Counted from the first letter of the stretch, positions 1 to 12,794 are shown. The stretch is DNA of 64,000 nt from Anthoceros angustus (GCA_010909165.1 MU008167.1:1054001-1118000); one strand, 5' to 3'. Program-made: numbers and translations. Notes: generated from the sequence alone by a model not told the origin.

Positions 1-226
1 CAGAGTCCATGCGTCACGGCTAATGGGACAACGGAAGTCCTTTTTCACTGCGCTGCATTTTCATGCAAACCAAAACTGGCCTTCGAAAGCATCAAAAAAT
101 TTTCCATCCAGGTCAACCGAACTTCACAGTCCCAATACGACGCAAAACAATTCCCATTCCCTTTCCCGAAAACACATCCGAAGGCAAGCCAAAGCTGAAT
201 CCAGACACATGAGCCAAAGAACGGAC

Positions 227-328
227 CAGGGCTCGGTGCATGAAGAAGGCATGGTGCTGCACGAGCGCCATGGCGTCAGCCAACCATTTCTCCTGCTCCT
301 CCCCACTGGTGGACGTATCGTGCTGCAT
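227..328 (-). CDS. VPS35: VPS35 (retromer subunit), first coding exon; gene continues toward/beyond the left edge
   Basis: MQHDTSTSGEEQEKWLADAMALVQHHAFFMHRAL matches the plant VPS35 N-terminus (E-E-K-W-L...AF-M-RA), followed by a GT donor (CTG|GTCCGT). Confidence 0.85.
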
Positions 329-1285
329 CCTGCACCTGGAGGCGGTCTCCGCCCCGCACACACACGCCGCAAAATTTTTCTGCTCGCCACACCAAAAGTT
401 TGTGCTAAGCCTAAAACAACATACGATTTATCCCCCCACACTTTCCATCCCAAGATCGCGCCATTTCAAATTCCGGCCACACGAGCTCCCGCATCTTCCC
501 CTCCTCACAGGCACAATTCCCCGCAGCGTGGAGCTCCAATTCTGCAGCGGGCTCCTGTGCTGCAGCCTTTCCTCATCACTGCGCCAATCCGGGCCAGAAA
601 AAATGCTGCAAGCAAATGACGGTGAGAACAGAACCCAAATGCGCACCAATCCGGGAGGCCGGCGAAAGCCCAGATCCGGCTCTGCCGCGCAATCGACGGG
701 AGGAAAGCAAGGGGACTGACCAGCGACGAAGAATGAGGGGCGGGACGGCGTGTGACGGAGAGTGGGCTGAGCTGTGACGCCCGGCGCAACGGGATCAGGA
801 CCCGGGCCCCAGCCCGACCCGTGAAAGCCTTTTCACGGCGTCTATGTGGACGGCGTTTAAATTACGAACAGCTTGGCGGCAAGCACGATTCAAATACATA
901 GGATCTGGCTTTGTGTGGTCAGGCCCGGAGTTGAGGCTGAGGCTCACAGATCTGGTCTTTGGCCCTCCTGCCTTACGCTTTTCACGCTCCAGTGAAGCCG
1001 TGCTCTTCGAAGCCCTAGAGATCGTGAGGCGGTTTGGTGTTGGAGCGGAGCTGCTGGCGAACAAGGGAGTGGTGGAATTTGTGGCGGTGTGATGTGATTC
1101 TTTTGAGGAGGGATTGGGAGCGGGATTGATCTCTAAAGTGTCAGTGATGAATTCCTCCACTTCTCATCTCGAGAATGTACGGAGCTCTGTTTCCTTTGTT
1201 GTTTTGCTGAGATGAGCTCAATGTGGTGTTGACAGCAGCATTTGAAGTATATTGTGCTGTTTCTCCTTCCTCCAAGCTGGCGGAG

Positions 1286-2956
1286 ATGGAGGAGCAGGCC
1301 GGCGTGGCTGCTGAGCAGCCACAGCACGGACCCTACCTTATCGAGCAGCTTCAGGTCAGGCCTGTCTTGCTGTTGCGATGTCTCGGGGCGGAGCTCGTTC
1401 GTGTGAGAGAGATTTGAAGATGGATTCTAATGTGGATTTGCAGACTGTAGGCATTGCAGCAGCGGATGTCAAAAAGCTCAAGGAATCGGGGCTCTGGACA
1501 GTCGAGGCTGTGGCTTATGCTCCAAAAAAGGATCTCATCAAAATCAAGGGATTGAGCGAAGCGAAAGTGGATAAGATCACCGAAGCTGGTGCGTCTAAGT
1601 GGTCGCTAGGTTGAGGGTGGGAGCCTTGAGTGGGGTCTTTAACCTGAAGCCTGCCTTTGCGACAGCTATCAAGCTCGTGCCGATGGGATTCACAAGTGCC
1701 GCTATGATGCATCAGCAACGGGGGGAAATGATTCAGGTTACATCAGGATCGAAGGACCTCGATAAGATCTTAGAAGGTGAGTTTTGTGTAAAAGGATGGA
1801 ACAGTTGGTGGCCTAGAATGTGAGTACCTATCCCGAACAAATCTGCATTGCTGTGGCAGGTGGTTTTGAGACGGGTGCAATCACAGAGATCTATGGCGAA
1901 TTCAGGACTGGAAAAACGCAATTATGTCACACCCTGTGCGTGACCTGTCAGGTTCGTTTTCATTCTGGTAGGAAAGGTGCAAGAAAGTGGATGCTTGTTA
2001 CCCCTACCCCCTAAGCTGTTTGCATATCCACCAGCTTCCATTGAGTCAAGGTGGTGGAGAGGGAAAGGCGCTGTTCATTGATGCCGAGGGCACGTTCAGA
2101 CCTAGCCGGTTGCTGCAGATAGCTGAAAGGTAGTAAAGCTGAATAGCCATCTGTCACATTCCAGAATGCTCCAGAAGGATAAAGGTGAGGCTTCTGATTC
2201 ATACTGTCGTTACCTATCCGTGCTTCTACAGGTATGGATTGAATGGCCAAGATGTTCTGGACAATGTTGCTTATGCCCGAGCATATAACACGGATCACCA
2301 GATGAGGCTGCTTGTGGAGGCGGCTTCCATGATGGCCGAGACTCGGTGAGTTGAAATGTCTGTCCAGCCTCCTCTTTTTCTGTTATTTTTTCCTGTCTTC
2401 TGACCATCTCCCTTCCATTGCCCAGGTTTGCCTTGATCGTCATAGACAGTGCCACTGCGCTCTACCGCTCAGACTTTTCAGGTCGTGGAGAGCTTGCAGC
2501 CAGGCAAAACCATCTTGGGAAGTTCATGCGAGGGCTTCAGAAAATGGCAGATGAGGTAAACTTTTGAGCTGTGTTCAATATTGAATGCCTTATATTTCGA
2601 GACATCTAAAACTATACTCGCATTTTGCAGTTCGGCGTGGCCGTGGTAATCACGAATCAAGTTGTGGCGCAAGTTGATGGCATGGCCTCCATGTTCGGAC
2701 CTCAGGTCAAGCCCATTGGAGGCAACATCCTTGCTCACGCTTCCACAACGAGGTGAAAACTCGTTCCCCAGTCACTGTCATGCCCTTGGGGTTCCGTGTA
2801 TTTACAGTTCAACATTTGTGGTTTGTGGATAGGCTTGCACTACGTAAGGCTAAAGGCGAAGAGCGGATTTGCAAGATTGTGTGCTCCCCATGTCTACCTG
2901 AGTCAGAGGCAAGGTTCCTAATATCCACAGAGGGAGTTACAGATGTAAAGGAATAA
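1286..2956 (+). CDS. RAD51: RAD51 recombinase, multi-exon with short GT-AG introns
   Basis: Spliced exons give [24 protein letters not shown], Walker [68 protein letters not shown] and [19 protein letters not shown]. First donor after 1354, first acceptor before 1444. Confidence 0.96.
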
Positions 2957-3097
2957 AGCACATGTAGATTTGATATGCACAAAATGTACAAAGCGCTGGC
3001 GTGTCCACCTTAATTGTTGTAGCCTAAACCCGGCCCAGCGCAGAATCTCACTGACAGCCGGCAGAACAACGTGAGGAAGTGCTGTATCTCCAACTCG

Positions 3098-4408
3098 TCA
3101 GTTAGAGACCATAGTTTCTGTCTCCTTCACAAACCCCTCCCCGGTCCATTCCTTGTCCGACGCCAGCCCTCTGCGTACAGCCTTCTTCTTTTCAATAGCT
3201 TCTCTCTGAAGCCTTACAAGTTCAGTATGAGTTGTAAAATACTCCAGAGACGCACCACGGAAGTCATCAATGGAAACGAAATTGTGTTTTGTCATGAACG
3301 CCTTCAGTTCATCACACATTGTCTTGATATGGGGGTATCCATGCACCATGACCCCTGTACAAACCTGCACCGTGTTCGCTCCCAGCAGAAGAAACTCCGC
3401 AGCGTGGTTCCCTGATTCAACACCTCCGATTCCAGACAGAGATACATCTCTGCCTGCGAAATCAGACCTGATCATCTTTGCAATGGACATGACCTTGGCC
3501 AGAGCAATAGGTCGGACAGCCTTGGACGAATACCCTCCCGGGGTCGAGTACCCTTCAACGCAGGGCTCTGGCCGGAGAGTGTCCAGGTTCACTCCCATCA
3601 CGCTCATCACAGTGTTGATGGCGGACACGCCCTCGCAACCTGCCTCCAACGCAGTGCGCGATGGCTGAGTGATGTCGGTGATGTTAGGCGTCATCTTGGC
3701 CCAAACAGGCACCGTCGCCTTGTTGTTGATCCAGCCGCATACCTCCTCCAGCAAGCTGCAGTCTTGACCTATAGCCGCACCCATCCTCCTCTCGGGCATA
3801 CCATGCGGGCAAGAGAAATTGATCTCCAGAGCATCAACACCAGCATCCTCCACTCTGGCCACGATCTCCTCCCAAGCAGCTCGGTTATACTCTTCCATGA
3901 TGGAAGCAATGAGGACGCGGTCAGGATATTCCTTCTTCAGCCTCCTCATCTCCTCCAGCATTGTCTCAAACGGCCTGTCACTGATGAGCTCGATGTTCTC
4001 CCACCCGATCACCTCCTTCTTGCCCGTTCCATTGTTGGTGGCATGCATGCGCGCATAGCGCGGAGTCACGTTCACCACCTTGGAGGAGTCCAGAGCCACG
4101 GTCTTGGCTATCACAGCGCCCCAGCCCTCGTCGAATGCCCGCTTCATCACCTGGTAGTTCGTCCCTGGCGGGCCTGAGCCGATGACAAACGGATTAGGCA
4201 GCTTCAAACCGTTCACGGTGACGCTGAGATCAGGACCTGCTGCATCCTGGCCGCTAGCCCGCAGTTTGAGCTGGCCCGAGCTAGGCCGAGGCCTAGTCCT
4301 AGGCCATGCTCCCCTTTCAAGGCTCTCAAGATGGCGCCGGAACTCCCCTCCGACCTGGTCTGAAGAGGATAACAAGCTGGACACTCCAACGTGCTTCAAA
4401 CTTGCCAT
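3098..4408 (-). CDS. PYD1: Dihydropyrimidine dehydrogenase (plant PYD1, PreA-like) with transit-peptide-like N-terminus, intronless
   Basis: 436-aa ORF with DLSVTVNGLKLPNPFVIGSGPPGTNY, GWENIELISDRP, EINFSCPHGMPERRMGAA and WAKMTPNITDIT. Confidence 0.95.
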   Translation of the reverse strand: MASLKHVGVSSLLSSSDQVGGEFRRHLESLERGAWPRTRPRPSSGQLKLRASGQDAAGPDLSVTVNGLKLPNPFVIGSGPPGTNYQVMKRAFDEGWGAVIAKTVALDSSKVVNVTPRYARMHATNNGTGKKEVIGWENIELISDRPFETMLEEMRRLKKEYPDRVLIASIMEEYNRAAWEEIVARVEDAGVDALEINFSCPHGMPERRMGAAIGQDCSLLEEVCGWINNKATVPVWAKMTPNITDITQPSRTALEAGCEGVSAINTVMSVMGVNLDTLRPEPCVEGYSTPGGYSSKAVRPIALAKVMSIAKMIRSDFAGRDVSLSGIGGVESGNHAAEFLLLGANTVQVCTGVMVHGYPHIKTMCDELKAFMTKHNFVSIDDFRGASLEYFTTHTELVRLQREAIEKKKAVRRGLASDKEWTGEGFVKETETMVSN

Positions 4409-5161
4409 AATCCGCCGATGACGTCCCGAACAACCGCTTTTTTCACAGAAAATCGAGCAGAAGCCGCGGAAAGCACTGAAAGCTGAGGCACTTCAAGCAC
4501 GCTTTCATCTCAAGGTAGGCCACATAAAAGAACCAAAGAGCTACGTAGGAGGACCGCAAGAAACAAAACAAGCTCTCCGCGGAGGCGAGGAAGGAACACG
4601 GCGCGTGAAGGAACACGAGGCAAGCCGCGGATTGTTGCCAGCTGCCAAGTCGATGCCGTACGATCCCGGTTGCTCGCAGAATGCAGCTCAAGCTCACGCA
4701 TGCACGTTGCAACCGTGTAAGACGCAACACGTCACATAGTCCATTCTGCTTCCCTTCGACAGAGCGAGGGATTCCACAGAAGATGAGGGACTGTTGGTGA
4801 GAGCCGGGTGATGACATACATGAGTGAATGAGTTTCGGGCCGCGTTTTATTATTTTGTCTATCCAAACTCCTATCTACGTGTCACATATTTAATACATTA
4901 AAAGATGTGAATCTATTTTCCTACCAACCCACAAACCTGAGTTCAACCTTTCCAAATGATGTAGAGTTTAGTATGCCAAAAGAGGACAAAGAAACCCTAT
5001 CCATTACGTCTTGGCACGGAATGCGTGCCATGTCCATCTAACACCCCAAGATTTAAAAACAAACAGAGATTTGGTTACCACACTCACACCTAAACCCAGT
5101 CTCAGGTCAAACATAAATATGTCCTTAAGAATAGTTTAGCATGAACTCAGGCCCAAGCGAC

Positions 5162-5395
5162 TCTTGCAAAACCACAAAATTCTCACAAGGTTGCATTATA
5201 AATATGTTATCCTAATCACAAGCTTCAAAAGAAGAGTCCGGATTTATTATTAATGGTAGCTATTATGTGTCGGGTTCGAGTAGCTACTCTTACAAAACCA
5301 CAAAATCCTCACAAGCTTACAGTGTATACATACTATGTTGATCAAGGCTTCAAAAGAAAATTCCTTCATCTATTGTTGATGGTACCTATAATGTG
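5162..5395. repeat. Degenerate ~125 bp direct repeat pair
   Basis: TCTT(G/A)CAAAACCACAAAAT(T/C)CTCACAAG...GCTTCAAAAGAA...ATGGTA(G/C)CTAT occurs at ~5162 and ~5288. Confidence 0.6.
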
Positions 5396-5914
5396 TTTTC
5401 CCATCTCCTTTTTTATATAATATCTTCACGTTCCCCTATGATGTGCTGAATTCGAGTAGCTAGCCAGTAAGTGGATTATTGCTTGCTTCCACTGTTTTCT
5501 TAGTACACTTATATCATCACGACTTGCACTCAATCTCTATTCAAACTTACATTAGTACAAGGAACCAACAAATCTAGCCTTGTTCCTTCTATCTTCTTTC
5601 TTCTTTCTTGGCCTCTATGACCACAACCGTACATGTAGAATTTAATTTTCTAATAAATAAATTTCTAAAAATTATTTAAAATATAAATATATTAAAATCT
5701 CAACCTTTTCATACATAGATGGGTTAATATTCATACCCTCCTCTTATTCATAGGGTCATCATTAGAATCCTAAACAAATGATCCCATGGTTACGATGCTT
5801 AGGTACTCCATACGACTGTCCGTGACTAAATAGGAATGGATTCACGTGCTAAACTCCCCAAGCTCATACCAAATGGCCTAGGCCAAATGGACACACATTT
5901 ATAAGAATGCCATG

Positions 5915-6080
5915 ATTAAGCGTATCTTGAGCTTGGATCGATACTTAGATGGGGTGCCTAAAGGGAGTGGATGCCCTTGGTGCAAGTAGCTTAAGTACAC
6001 CATGGTACAAGTTGTTAAGTACCAAGTCCCATGACGGAAATCCGTCCTTAGTGGACTTAAATAAAATTCTTCTTCTTCTT
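5915..6080 (+). repeat. Dispersed ~150 bp repeat ending in (TTC)n, copy 1; possible SINE/LINE 3' tail
   Basis: Core TACTTAGATGGGGTGCCTA..GG.AGTGGATGCCCTTGGTGCAAGTAG...GTTGTTAAGT...TTCTTCTTC shared with ~9570 and ~57095. Confidence 0.75.
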
Positions 6081-6560
6081 CGTGAGTCCCGGCGTCACTG
6101 AGTAGGTTGATTAAAAAAGCTTGGGTAAGGACTAATAACATCAAATCATCTAGAACAATAATGTACGTATTCGCGTAGGCACAAAGATATCTCGACCACG
6201 GAATGGGGAGAATCGCGAAAGTGGCGAGCCCGGGGCAGGACGGGTCGTGAGGGTTTTGGGCTTCTTGGTGACGAGCAGGGCGCCCGTAATTTATGTGGTC
6301 GCAGGAGGGCTCGGCAAATGGAGATGGCTCGGGCTCTGCACGCTGGTTGACGTCCTCGGAGCCAGAGCTTTGGGATTGAGGTGAAGCAGGCGTGCCACAG
6401 CTGAAACTCAAATTCAGGGCTTCATTTCTTCCGTGGAAGCCTGCTTCGCTGGGAGCAGGGATGCAGCGTCGCGTCTTGGTAATGCTGATTTTCGGGCTTG
6501 TGCTGACATGACAGGTTGCGTAATTTCGGTGTTGAGCAGGGTTCGGTGGTGCGGGCGAAG

Positions 6561-8908
6561 ATGAACGCCTTCACCGGCCAGAACTTGGCTGACAAGTTGA
6601 GCAAGCTGAATAGCTCGCAGCAGAGTATTGAGAGTATCCTGGAAGTGGCTGTGTTTTTTTTTTGGTTCGAGTCTTGCTGGTTGAATGCCGCAGTTCGTGC
6701 GCGTGGAAGTGTTGTGTTTTTTCTTGACCTACTTCAGCTTTGTCCCATTGGTGTATATTCCACCGGAAGAAGGCCAGACAGGTTGTGGAAACATGGGAGA
6801 AGGAATTTTACCACGCTCCTAGGGAGCAGCGATTGCCTTTTTTGTACCTCGCGAATGATATTCTGCAGAACGGTAAGAAAAAGGGGACTGAGTTTGTGAC
6901 GGAGTTTTGGAAGGTCCTCCCGAACGCCCTTCGGGATGTGGCAGAGAAGGGCGAGGATGCGGCCCGCAATGCCGCGTTTCGGCTGGTGAGGGTGGTGTTT
7001 GCTGGCTTGGATAGGGATTGGTTTTTTTTTTTCTCCGGATGAGTTTGTAGGTTTTTGCTCGTCTCACGTTTCTGTGCATGGCAGGTTGACATATGGGAGG
7101 ATAGGAAGGTTTTTGGAACTCGGCCTCAAGGTCTCCGGGAAGAGTTGCTGGGAAACAAGCCAACTCATGCTCCGCTTAGAAATCTTGATGCTCCACCGCC
7201 GCCTGTCAAGCCTGTGAGTGTTTCTTTTGGATTCTTACACGCCTGCCAGCAAGGTTTTGACGTTTTGGCTGGCTTTGCTTGTCAGGTTGCTAGGGAGTAT
7301 GCTGATAGGGTATTGGTGACAGAAATTATTTGCAGGAGGATACTTGGAGAAGGTTGCAGCAGCGCTTCAGGTTGTGCAGGATGGTACTAAAGAGGAAGAA
7401 ACAGCACTGATGAAGTGTAACCTTGTCATCGGCCGGATCGATAACCTGGAGAAGCAAGCTCAAGTTCCAACTGGTTAGAACCTGATTCAACTTTTTTCTT
7501 GTCATCCTGACGTGCCTGGGAGCCGCTTAGCCAAAAAACTCCTGTTGTCTTTTCATACAGGCGAGGAGAACGTAGTACTTGAGCTGGAGAAGCAGCAAAA
7601 TCTGCTATCGGTGTTAATTGAGCAGCTTGAAACTATTGAAAAAAGCCGTGATGTCCTTGTTTCACAAATCAGGGAAATTCTTCAAGAGCAGGTACTTGGG
7701 ACACACTCCTTGCCTTTTACTTGCAGTCTCAGTATTCTCGGTGGGTACACAGCTGATGAGGATGTGTTGAAATGTTCAGGAAAAGAAGCTGGAGAGTCTT
7801 AGAACGTCAGTCCAGGTATTTTCTGACTTCGTGGTGTTTCATGAGATTTGTACCCTTCGATCGCCAGAAATGCCTATTGTGCTGAGGCTGTTGTTACTGT
7901 GTGTGGCTTGATGTGCAGATAGCGCAGGCACAAGCTGAGCAAGCGGCGAATTTGAAGCATCGTTTACTCACCGGAAGTCCTATTGGGGGCCCTAGTGTGT
8001 CCCCTATTCGGGAAAACGGACCAGAAGATGAAATACAGAATGGAGCAGATATGGATGAGCACCAGGAGGACGTTCTAGGTCATGACATGCTGGAGATGAG
8101 GGCCACAACAGCTGTCACCCCACCTCAATCAGCCCCACCCCCTCCTGTGCTCGAGAGGACACCATCACTTGAGGACGATGGGACCAAGGTGCCAAATCCT
8201 GCTGCAGCAGCGGCTGCAGAGGTTGCTGCAAGGTTGGCTGCGAATTCTTCTTCTGCGGCTATGCTGACGTCAGTGCTATCCTCCTTAGCAGCGCAGGAGA
8301 GCGCATCGCTGGGGCACTCTTCTCCTCTGAACCAACAGCAACTTCACGATGCTCTCCTGGGCGGTGGTGGACATATCGACAAGAGGCCAAGGCTTGACAA
8401 CAGCCTGAGTATGGGAGACGGAATGGGACTGTCTTTAGTAGATGGGGGCAGCCAGTCAAGTAGCTTCATTCAGCATCAGCAGAACATGAATAGTCAGTCG
8501 GGGCATCAAAACTCATCAGGGGCAGGTTTGCAGCAACTGCAACCACAGCAGCAGCAGCAGCAGCCACCTCCACCTCCCAGCTCACAGCATCAGCAGTCCC
8601 AGCTCCACAAGCAGATGCCAGGACCACCTCCCCTCCCTCAATACATCCATGGTTCGCAAGGGCAGGTGCAGATATCACCTCCAGGGCCTCTCCCGCCCAA
8701 CCAGTACAGCTATGCCGGAGGCCCAGGAATGTCTGTGATGCAGGCTGGCCCTCATGGTGGGATGATGCAGAGCGTCTCAGGCGCTCCTCGCCTGCAGCCG
8801 CCTCATCCTCCCAATTCCTACCAGCCTCTCCAGGCCCCAGGAGGGATGGTGGGATTCTACAGTCCGCCTCCCATTCCAGCCCCTCCAGCTCCTGTTCCCC
8901 GGCAGTAA
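6561..8908 (+). CDS. CID-domain (Pol II CTD-interacting) RPRD1/RPRD2-like protein with Q/P-rich tail, multi-exon
   Basis: MNAFTGQNLADKLSKLNSSQQSIE, LSHWCIFHRKKARQVVETW and LYLANDILQN are diagnostic CID motifs. Coiled-coil middle exons and a long Q/P-rich last exon ending PRQ*. Confidence 0.9.
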
Positions 8909-9569
8909 CTTCTGGGGCACATCCTTATGGTGTAACAGGTGAGACGACGGTGTTGCTGCTTGTATACTATCTAGCTTAGTACCAGAATCCTTTTCCTCCT
9001 CCTCCCAGTAGTGCTCTTGTTGAAGATTATGTAGCAGCAAGTCAACCACGGGTGAGCTTGCAGGGATTTCTTGCTTCTGACGTCTCCGAGGTTGTTTGGG
9101 ATGATTGACCTTTAGAGGATCCAGCCACCACCTTATGTCAACTTCACCAATTTTTGTTTCTTTAGGCTCTGTCCTCCATAGCTGAAGTGTACAACATGAG
9201 TAGTCTTCTTTTTCTGTAAAATGTTGACTGGAGTTCCTTTCCGTATCGAACTTCGTCTCTCGAGTTGCATGAGGATTATTTGTCTATTGTCAACTTGACT
9301 GCCTGTTTCACGCCTTGCCTTGCGACATATTTTATCTCTCTGTGCGGCGGCTGGGCAGAGCCCAAAGCCTAAATCTCGAAAGGTCGCTGCATTCGTGTGT
9401 GTGCATGTCTGAGGTCCACCGCACATAACACACCCGGTAGCCTGTCACCTGGGCATGCTCGTGTTTTCACATACTACGTCCATCCATGTCGCATGCCATG
9501 TCAAACTCCGGGTGGATTCGCCTAGCTTCCCAACGTATAAAAACGTTTCTGTTGAGCATATGCGCTTAC

Positions 9570-9720
9570 AACGGTACTTAGATGGGGTGCCTAGAGGAAG
9601 TGGATGCCCTTGGTGCAAGTAGTTTAGGCACACCATGGTACAAGTTGTTAAGTCTTAAATTCCATGACACAGAAATTTGGTACAAATGGACTCTAATAGA
9701 CTTCTTCTTCTTCTTCTTCA
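9570..9720 (+). repeat. Dispersed (TTC)n-tailed repeat, copy 2
   Basis: Same core as 5915-6080, ending GACTTCTTCTTCTTCTTC. Confidence 0.75.
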
Positions 9721-10713
9721 TCCTCCCGTGTGGAACACAAGTTTCTCATAGGTTATCTTTACAAGATATGAAGTAGATAGAATAATATATTTTCTCTAAG
9801 GATATTAAAATTAAACATCCTAATCCCCTCATCAGAGCGGGATGAGGTGCTTAAGCTTTTTTGAGATGGGGTAGGATGAGGGATGAGTTCCCCTTACCAT
9901 GGTGCCCTTGGTTGGGTTGTTCCTCTTTTCCTGTTGGGATAGATGGATTTTTGTATCTCTTTTCTTACATAAAGTCTCCACATTATATATTATATAGGAT
10001 GTGGGATGAGTCGCGCTAGGGTAGGATACATGTGATGCGGTCCATACATTAACATGGATCATGGATGGGATGGGAATGGGAATGGGGATGTAAAAGGGGA
10101 TGGGCATGGGGATGTGGAAGGGGATGAGATAGCACGCACGAGCACGGGGTGGACGGGCTAGCGGGTGATAGACGGCACGCTGGAGTCGGTGACCGGGCGG
10201 CTCATGACAATTTTGCGTGCATTTGGCTTGATGGCTGAAACATAAAAGAATGTGAGATTAGGCCGCTCATTTTGACTGCAACTCACCTCTCAGGTTGGTT
10301 CCCTGGTTTTCTTTTCTTTTCTCAAGCGAATAGGTTGATTCTCGTGCCTCAGGGTGCCCCACGTATGGACGTATGGTTGCTTCGTGGAACGGGACGGGAT
10401 GGGACGGGACGGAATGGGATTGGAGGACGCCGCCGTTTCGGACTTCAACAATTGTGCCTCTCGGACCAATGAAAGAGCTTTCCCGCGTACGTCAGCCAGC
10501 AGCCTGACGCGGTTGCATACCACAGGCTCCGCCATGTCATTCGGGCCTTCTTAAGGACGAGCTTCTCCACCGACTTTCACACATTCGCTGGATTCCAGTC
10601 TGGACACATTCTTGAGCCTGCCTCGCAATAATCCGACTTTCAGGCTGGCAACAATGTCGGTGAGGCAGCTTGCATTTCAGCTTTCTTGCTTCACGTTTTA
10701 TCCACTGTTCTGC

Positions 10714-10767
10714 CAGGATGCAAGGATGACAGGATGACAGGATGGCAGGATGACAGGACGCAAGGAT
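10714..10767. repeat. 8-bp unit short tandem repeat (CAGGATGA)n, about 6-7 imperfect units
   Basis: caggatgc aaggatga caggatga caggatgg caggatga caggacgc aaggatt, read directly. Confidence 0.8.
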
Positions 10768-11180
10768 TCCGAATTCTGTGAATGCAGTGCTGTCGTGTGT
10801 TAGGGAAAATTTGGAGCAATGTGATGTTGGAAGAATGCTTTCTCCAGGTTTTGTAGATTCGTTGAGCGAGATGATTCTTGGAATGGATGCTTTCTCCTGG
10901 TTCTGTTGATTCGAAGATTGTTGTGGAGGAACCGTGACGAGAAACTTTGTGATCATTCTACGCTCTGCTCATGACAGAACTGTACCTGGCTTGTGCAGAA
11001 CCAGAGAAAACTGACAAGCGCTGGCAACAAAATGTGCGGAGCGGATCGCCAGCAGTAGCTGCAGCTCGGCATTGTATGAAGGAAGCTAGCCTAGCGTCAG
11101 GGGTGTTCATGCTTGAACTCGCATTCACGCGCCTCGCATTCAGCTGACTGGAGCGCGCATTGCAAGTTTCTCGGCACAGA

Positions 11181-12794
11181 ATGAGTGGAGGCGTGTCAGG
11201 AGTGATGGCCTGGGTGCCTGCCCTGGCGATGCGCAACAATGGCAACATGAGCTGTCTGCACGAGAACGCGTTCCAGTACGACGCGAATTTCAGTGGCAGC
11301 TCCGATCTCGGTAGGCTGTGCGGTAGCGCGCCCTGGACAGAACGACTCGTGGCAGCGGTGGATCAGATACTGGCGGCCAGCGTGTTCAAGGCTTTGGATG
11401 GAATAGGATTGGATATCAGGCGTCCAAGTCCGAATACGGCCGGATTACCGTTCGTAAAAAGTCCGACACCTGTCGTAGTGGCTATTACCTGTTACTTGTT
11501 GATGGTATTCATATGGTCCCTCCAGATCAAGTGGGCGGGCTTGAAACCGAGACAACACGATCCAATGCCGTTGAGGTGTCTTGTCATTGGTCACAACTTC
11601 TTCCTTGCTGCACTGAGCATCTTCATGGGAGTGGGATTGATCCTGGAGGCCTGGAAATCTGGGTAAGCGTCAGTCGGGGCCACTTGATTCTTGCTTGAAT
11701 GTGTTATCTGCTGCTTAAAACTGGTGTTATCGCCTGACTCTTCTTATCAACTGCTTACTGTACAGGTATTCTCTGTGGGGCAATCCCTACAAAGATGATG
11801 ATGTCAAGGTAACCGTCTGATGGAGCTTTCTTCTTGCTTCGTGTTACCAGGAAATTTGAAATATACTGATGCTGACTCAACATGTTTACTCTGGTGCAGA
11901 TGGGATTCTACATCTATATCTTTTACGTCTCCAAGCTCTACGAGTTTGTTGACACGGTAATGCACTTGATGCCACTGAGCAATCCGTACTGTGAGCAAGA
12001 TGTCTGATAGAACCGCAGCCTCCCCAATGGTAAAACCTCATGTTGAAGTCGCTGGTTGCAGGGGATAATGCTTTTGAAAAGGAATCTTCGTCAAATCAGT
12101 TACTTGCATGTCTACCACCATGCAAGTATCTCGTTCATATGGTGGATAATGGCGTATCGCTGCCCTGGTGGCGATGGTACATCTCTTTCTTCCTACTTCC
12201 TGCTCCATTTCTGTCCCTTAGCTTTTGAGCTGCAGCATATTGCCACAGTTCCTGACCTGTTCCCCGCCAACAATTTGCAGCATATTTCTCAGCAGCGTTC
12301 AACTCTTGGATACATGTGGTGATGTATGTGTATTACATGCTCGCTGCAATTATCGCCAAGAATGAAGCAAAGAGACGCAAGTACCTTTTCTGGGGCAAGT
12401 AAGTGAAATGTGCTTATCGTTCTCCTGTCCATTGCTGCCTTCCCCACTACTTGTGGGCTAATGGCTGTGCCCTCCCCGCAGGTATCTCACCATGATGCAG
12501 ATGTTTCAATTCATGTCTTTCATCGGACAAGCTGTCTACGGGATGGTCAAACCAGGTCTCTACCCAAAGGGCCTGAGTGGGGTGAGTAGTCTCAGCCTTG
12601 ATTCCTTTGTCGTCATGCTCCTCCTGCGCACCCTTGTTTGTAGCTGTCTGCTGTGGTCGTCTCCTGGAGTAGCAGAGCACCTGGGATCGGAGCTATCTTT
12701 GGTCTGACCCACGTTTTCCTAATGCAGCTACTGTTTTCTACTCGTTGTCGCTGCTCCTGTTCTTCAGCAACTTCTTCTTCAAAAATATTCCAGA
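11181..12794 (+). CDS. ELO/GNS1 fatty-acid elongase (bryophyte PUFA elongase type), copy 1; last exon frameshifted and truncated at the duplication junction
   Basis: GLPFVKSPTPVV, YVSKLYEFVDT, histidine box LHVYHHAS, NSWIHVVMYVYY, KYLFWGKYLT-MQM-QF. T-run at 12734-12737 is one base short relative to copy 2. Confidence 0.88.

Noticed and set aside
23-719. Long + strand ORFs 23-619 and 240-719
   Set aside because: Antisense to the VPS35 exon and promoter; no recognisable domain.
1286-2956. DMC1 as the alternative identity
   Set aside because: The C-terminal PCLPESEA and [13 protein letters not shown], and the N-terminal HGPY..EQLQ, match RAD51 rather than DMC1.
1286-8908. Functional clustering of RAD51, PYD1 and the CID gene as a DNA-repair/nucleotide system
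   Set aside because: Ordinary adjacency in a gene-dense genome; no shared regulatory structure is visible.
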